From assembly GCA_038065415.1 (NCBI GenBank), contig JBBTRA010000004.1:26092-90091 (forward strand): a DNA stretch of 64,000 nucleotides, read 5' to 3'. The DNA comes from Patescibacteria group bacterium (GTDB lineage Bacteria; Patescibacteriota; Minisyncoccia; Phycocordibacterales; PALSA-1337). The notes under the pieces were generated by a model. The model was not told the origin of the DNA. It saw nothing but the letters and a program-made list of their open reading frames with translations, and ran no database searches. Shown piece after piece: positions 59,373 to 64,000 of the stretch (position 1 is its first letter; each line of letters starts with the position of its first letter). A program made the translations under genes and the position numbers.

Positions 59373-60158
59373 TTATTTCCGCCGACGGATACGCTGCGCG
59401 ATGGCCAGCGAGCCGATCCCGAGCAGAGCCAGAGACGAAGGCTCAGGAACTGCCACGGTCATGTTGTCGAAGTACACATCGTAGTTACCATTCACTGGAC
59501 CGAAGTTGTACGTTTCAGCGAACATCGTGGTGAACTGAGCCGCCAATGGTCCCACCACTGCCTTGGTATAGACCGAGGCGTTGTCGAGACCATACGTGAG
59601 ACTCGTCAACCCATCATACGACATCGAGAGAGTATGCCACCCTCCCGTAACGGGCGCAGCCAGATCAACCCATCCATTCACTGTACTTGCGTCCCAGACG
59701 CGCCAGGTCGTAGATATGTTGGAAGCCAACGTATTGAAGGGATCAGCCGGATCGAAGCGCCGGAAACCCATGATGGAGTAGTCGGCACCCGTTTCGTCAC
59801 CCACCAATCCCGTACGACCCCAGATATCCCCGCGGCGCAACGTGTTGCCCGTAAGGAAGTCTGAGGAGATGTAGATCTGCCCAGTCAATGTCCACGGCCC
59901 CGTGACGAGCGCCTGGTGTTGCCGACCTTGGGTCCGATAGAACGTCGAGTCATACGGCGAAGCTTCGGTGACGCCACTCGCCGTGATCTTGAGACGATTG
60001 TCGCCATCGAAGAACGCTGACGTGAAAGACGCAGGTTCGCGACGATCCGTGACCCATCCTGGGTCAATCGAATTGAATGGGTCCGAATAGGGTGCAGCGT
60101 AAGACAGTGATGCTGCAAAAAGCGCCACAGCGGCGCCAATGAGGAGGTTTTTCTTCAT
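59373..60158 (-). CDS. PEP-CTERM sorting domain protein
   Basis: Signal peptide; C-terminus VPEPSSLALLGIGSLAIAQRIRRRK. Confidence 0.92.
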   Translation of the reverse strand: MKKNLLIGAAVALFAASLSYAAPYSDPFNSIDPGWVTDRREPASFTSAFFDGDNRLKITASGVTEASPYDSTFYRTQGRQHQALVTGPWTLTGQIYISSDFLTGNTLRRGDIWGRTGLVGDETGADYSIMGFRRFDPADPFNTLASNISTTWRVWDASTVNGWVDLAAPVTGGWHTLSMSYDGLTSLTYGLDNASVYTKAVVGPLAAQFTTMFAETYNFGPVNGNYDVYFDNMTVAVPEPSSLALLGIGSLAIAQRIRRRK

Positions 60159-60308
60159 GGTACGGATTAGCTTTCGGTTTGTTTTCAGTTTTCAAAGTGC
60201 ACATGCCACACAGCAGGTGCGTTCAAATAGAATATGACATGAGAATAAAAAAGAAGCAAGCTGGAAAGCTTGCTTCTTGAACCAAAGCGAAGAAACGAAA
60301 ACCAAACC

Positions 60309-61013
60309 TTACCGACGACGAATCCGCTGCAAGAACACCAGTGATCCGATGCCGAACAGAGCAAGGGATGAGGGCTCGGGCACCAATACGGCCATATCAA
60401 CCTGAGCCACTCGTGCACCACCTGAACCAGCACCAAGAGCAGTTGCATACAGGCTGAACGAGTACAAGCCGAGGGCGTTGAGATCACCTCCAGCGAACAC
60501 TATGTTCTGGGAATTTTGGCCAATGTTGTTGAAAGGAGCAAATACCCCCGAGAGTCCTTCAACGCCTGCTCCGTTGGCTGTAGTATTGTCGCCGTAGGAA
60601 TTGTCGAGATACGTCGTGAGAACGTTGATGGTGAACGGTCCGAATCCTGGACCATTCGCCGACAGATAGAAATCGAAATCATCGAGTTTCTGGAGGCCGC
60701 CGTTGGAAGGATCGGTGTTGATGCTGAACTCATAGTTCCACTTGGCTCTCACCGGCCCCGCATAGCTGCCTGGCGAGAACAAATAGGTGCCAGCGCCATT
60801 GTTAGGGGTACTGCCATCAGAACGATCTTTCGCACGAAGCGACAGATTGAGATTCAGATTTGGGTTGAAGCTGGTGACCCAGCCAGTATTGGGATTGCCA
60901 CCGCCATAAATGGCGACCTGCGTGTCATCATAGACAGTGGCAGCTGAGGCAGGAACCGCGGACGAGATGACCAAACCGCAGACGACGAGGGACAGGAGCA
61001 TGGACTTCTTCAT
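60309..61013 (-). CDS. PEP-CTERM sorting domain protein
   Basis: Signal peptide from MKKSMLL; C-terminus VPEPSSLALFGIGSLVFLQRIRRR. Confidence 0.92.
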   Translation of the reverse strand: MKKSMLLSLVVCGLVISSAVPASAATVYDDTQVAIYGGGNPNTGWVTSFNPNLNLNLSLRAKDRSDGSTPNNGAGTYLFSPGSYAGPVRAKWNYEFSINTDPSNGGLQKLDDFDFYLSANGPGFGPFTINVLTTYLDNSYGDNTTANGAGVEGLSGVFAPFNNIGQNSQNIVFAGGDLNALGLYSFSLYATALGAGSGGARVAQVDMAVLVPEPSSLALFGIGSLVFLQRIRRR

Positions 61014-61100
61014 AGGTAGTACGGGATTGTTTTCAGTTTTTTCGGTTTTCAAAGTGCGCATGCCACACAGCGTGCGCTCCTTTCTCAATATGGCACGGTA

Positions 61101-61140
61101 CAACAAAAGAAACAATCTTGCTGGATTGTTTCTTTTGTTG
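61101..61140. terminator. Terminator downstream of rpoD
   Basis: CAACAAAAGAAACAATC/GATTGTTTCTTTTGTTG inverted repeat. Confidence 0.75.
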
Positions 61141-61160
61141 CGTCGAGTTGTCCTACTCAC

Positions 61161-62387
61161 CTAATAGTTCTTGAGTTGATTGATCCTCTCGTGCTGGCGG
61201 ATCTTTTCGTGGGCCTTGGCTTCAATCTGGCGGATGCGTTCGCGGGTGACACCAAATTCCTTGCCCACCTCTTCGAGAGTATGAGTGATACCGTCATTGA
61301 GACCATGGCGCATCTCTAGGATTTTGCGCTCCTTCTCTGAGAGGTCTCCGAGAATCATATTGACCTGATCGCGAAGGATACGACGAGACGATTCCTGTTC
61401 AGGAGAAAGTATCTTGTCATCGGGAATGAAGTCTTGGAGTGTAGATTTGCCATCATCGCTATCATCACCAACCGGACTCTCGAGCGACACAACATCCTGC
61501 TCGATCTTCTCGATCTGATATATCTTGTCGACATCCATGCCCATTTCGGTAGCAATCTCATCAGGAAGCGGCTCACGACCAAGATCGTGAGAAAGGCGTC
61601 GGACGACCTGCTTATATTTTGCAATGGTCTCAACCATATGCACAGGCACGCGGATAGTGCGTGACTGATCAGCAAGAGCGCGTGTGATAGCCTGGCGGAT
61701 CCACCAAGTTGCGTATGTTGAAAACTTGTAACCCTTGGTCCAGTCGAACTTATCAACGGCACGGAAAAGGCCGAGGTTTCCCTCTTGAATAAGGTCAAGA
61801 AGCGTCAAATCCGGAGAACGGCCGACATACTTCTTGGCGATAGAAACCACGAGACGGAGGTTGGCCTTGGCGAGGAGGTTCTTGGCCTCTTCATCACCTG
61901 CCTGGATACGACGAGCGAGATCTTTCTCATCCGATGCGGTGATGAGCGGATACTGACCAATCTCTTTGAGGTACATCTGAATGGAATCATATGCACTATC
62001 GGAACCGGTACGCGAATAATGCGTAGCGGCTTTCTTAGGATTGAGCTCTTCGATCTCGAGCAGACCTCCACCTTCGAGGACATCAACGTTAGCAGCGGTA
62101 AACTTGCTGTAGAGCTCATCGAGGAAGAGGATATCATTCTCGATCTGCGGGAATTCCTTGAGAATCTCGTCATAGGTGACGAAACCACGATCACGACCTT
62201 TGTTGATAAGCTTGGTTGCGCGCGTCTCAAAATCCTTAGCTTTGTCTGCCTTGTTGAGTTTCTTTGCTACGGGTTTCTTGCCAGCCTTTGTGACCTTCGA
62301 CGGCTTCGCCACACCCTTCTTTTTGGGAGCAGCGTGACGCTTGACCGAGGAATTCCCCTTCGAGGCCTTCTTTTTTGTTGTACTCAT
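61161..62387 (-). CDS. rpoD: Primary sigma factor RpoD
   Basis: [29 protein letters not shown] and [10 protein letters not shown] motifs. Confidence 0.97.
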   Translation of the reverse strand: MSTTKKKASKGNSSVKRHAAPKKKGVAKPSKVTKAGKKPVAKKLNKADKAKDFETRATKLINKGRDRGFVTYDEILKEFPQIENDILFLDELYSKFTAANVDVLEGGGLLEIEELNPKKAATHYSRTGSDSAYDSIQMYLKEIGQYPLITASDEKDLARRIQAGDEEAKNLLAKANLRLVVSIAKKYVGRSPDLTLLDLIQEGNLGLFRAVDKFDWTKGYKFSTYATWWIRQAITRALADQSRTIRVPVHMVETIAKYKQVVRRLSHDLGREPLPDEIATEMGMDVDKIYQIEKIEQDVVSLESPVGDDSDDGKSTLQDFIPDDKILSPEQESSRRILRDQVNMILGDLSEKERKILEMRHGLNDGITHTLEEVGKEFGVTRERIRQIEAKAHEKIRQHERINQLKNY

Positions 62388-62546
62388 GAAAAAGGTAGAG
62401 GTAGTTAATTAACCAGATGATTATAAAGTATTATCCTAGAATGCGCAAGGTTTTTTGTTCATCCAAAAATTATGTGCTATTGACATAACTGTAAGTTCGT
62501 GCTAATGATAAAGGCAGAATCACCACACAATCACAACTGAATACCT

Positions 62547-63758
62547 ATGAACATTCACATGCCCGGCCGCGGAAATCGCGACCTTCCCAAAACAACCAAA
62601 CCGATCGAATCGGTGCTCAGAAGATTTTGCACAAAAACGGGTCTCAATCCCGAGAATCTGACACTCACCGTCGCCGGTGGCAATTGGGAACATCGGATAC
62701 AAAAGCACGGTGTACGAATCATCAGCTTCACCGACAAGAACCCCTTCAGCGTCCACGTCCTCATCGGATGCGAGCAAAACTCGATCCGGGGCTACATCGC
62801 TTACCGCGAAAACGGCACAAGTGTACGGGCTCAGGATTTGCACGGACGTCTCTCAAAGTTCTTCGAGAATGGTGGCAAGGAAAAGTTCATCGCCGTGCCC
62901 GAAGAGAAGCCCTCTGAAGGTGCCGCGGAGCGTAGTACTGGAATCACCAAGGAGACCGAGCCTACCGGAGACATGCCAGCACCCGCAGAAGAAAAAGCGG
63001 ACTCTGTCACAGAGGCTCCCCCTGTGCCTCCTATCCAGGAACCTCAAGAGCCTACGCAGCTGGACTACAAGCACTTCTTTGACAACAAGAGCAATCTGCA
63101 TCTGGCTGTAGTGGCATTGGTTGCCAAATTCCAGCCACATCAACTCTTCACATTCGAAGACTTCGCTGATACGCTCCGGAACGATGTAGGGATCAAACTG
63201 GAATCCATGAAGATGGCCTCGATGACTCAACGATTCATCAATGGCGGATTCATGGTCAAGCGTTCCAAGCCGGGCGTATCTGCACGCTACAGCATCACCG
63301 AGAAGGCGCAGGCCTATGCTGCTGAAACCGTGACCGATGCTTCGGCATCCGTAAAGCAGCGCCCGCAGCATGAGTCCAAGCTCGAGACGACATCGCTCAG
63401 AAGCTTGATGGCGCAGTTTGCCGAGCTTCAAAAGCATGAGAGCCGTTACCAGGCGATCCTGGCGCAGGTTGCCGTGAACGACTCAACACTGAGTGGGATG
63501 AAGCTCACTGACCTGCAAAGGGAAAAGGGTCAGATCTCAGGCGAGATTGCCTCGTTGAATACGAGAATCGCCACTCTTCGCAGAAGAGAGGAGGAGATCC
63601 AGGCTATCAGTGCGAAAGCGTCGAGTATCCAGACTGAGACGATCGCCTTGCAAGAGAAGCTACGGTCCAAGGATATCGCCGCACGGCATGCCGAATTCAT
63701 GCAGATGAAGGCCGAACTCACAGAACTCCAAAACCTCATGGGAAACGCTCAAGCATAG
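62547..63758 (+). CDS. Hypothetical protein with possible winged-helix domain and C-terminal coiled coil
   Basis: P/E-rich linker, F..GF......Y.IT pattern, heptad-rich C-terminus; own promoter and terminator. Confidence 0.65.
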   Translation: MNIHMPGRGNRDLPKTTKPIESVLRRFCTKTGLNPENLTLTVAGGNWEHRIQKHGVRIISFTDKNPFSVHVLIGCEQNSIRGYIAYRENGTSVRAQDLHGRLSKFFENGGKEKFIAVPEEKPSEGAAERSTGITKETEPTGDMPAPAEEKADSVTEAPPVPPIQEPQEPTQLDYKHFFDNKSNLHLAVVALVAKFQPHQLFTFEDFADTLRNDVGIKLESMKMASMTQRFINGGFMVKRSKPGVSARYSITEKAQAYAAETVTDASASVKQRPQHESKLETTSLRSLMAQFAELQKHESRYQAILAQVAVNDSTLSGMKLTDLQREKGQISGEIASLNTRIATLRRREEEIQAISAKASSIQTETIALQEKLRSKDIAARHAEFMQMKAELTELQNLMGNAQA

Positions 63759-63909
63759 TTTCTCCCATCGCACAGACCTCCCGGTTTGTGCGATTTTTAA
63801 TACCAGACACGATACCAGCAGCTATTGACATATTCTATAAATTATGTACAGTGATTGAAGATACGCCAGCATACGCTGGAGAAACCTTACGGCTATTTGA
63901 AAACACATT

Positions 63910-64000
63910 ATGAACGCTCAACCTCGAAACAACAGCGCCGCCCTATCGGTGACTGATTGCTTGTCGGATTTCTTCAAAAGGACCGATTCTACTGCGGAAA
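63910..64000 (+). CDS. Start of a hypothetical protein running off the window
   Basis: ATG after a TTGACA promoter; frame open to the window end. Confidence 0.4.
   Translation, partial: MNAQPRNNSAALSVTDCLSDFFKRTDSTAE

Noticed and set aside
1-64000. Alternative genetic code (TGA recoded)
   Set aside because: Conserved genes such as nadE and pncB end at TGA at the expected length, and no in-frame TGA interrupts core genes.

Overview
This looks like chromosomal DNA from a CPR/Patescibacteria (Parcubacteria-like) bacterium. That assignment is inferred from the compact core genes, pilin-like and PKD surface proteins, tandem GH130 genes and TGA used as a stop (code 11). Core genes are priA, def, fmt, hpf, tRNA-Asn, dnaB, recR, rplU, rmuC, thrS with a T-box, hisS, dsbA, a UvrD-nuclease fusion and rpoD. 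They are interleaved with accessory genes, most with their own TTGACA promoter and hairpin terminator. The most notable element is a ~16 kb island (27.2-43.1 kb). It combines a TerY-P-like PP2C/kinase/vWA triad with an embedded nicotinamidase, a divergent NrtR with a palindromic operator, and every enzyme class needed to rebuild NAD+ from nicotinamide and ADP-ribose (PncB, NadM-like, NadE, Prs, Nudix). Other candidates are a tandem pair of monomeric PheS-like ligases next to a peptidase E/nucleotidyltransferase/ABC/NDK operon, a T-box with an apparently ultrashort stem I, two PEP-CTERM genes sharing a conserved leader, boxA-like motifs in accessory leaders, and a perfect 42-bp inverted repeat upstream of dnaB. 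All functional calls come from motif recognition by eye; no searches were run.
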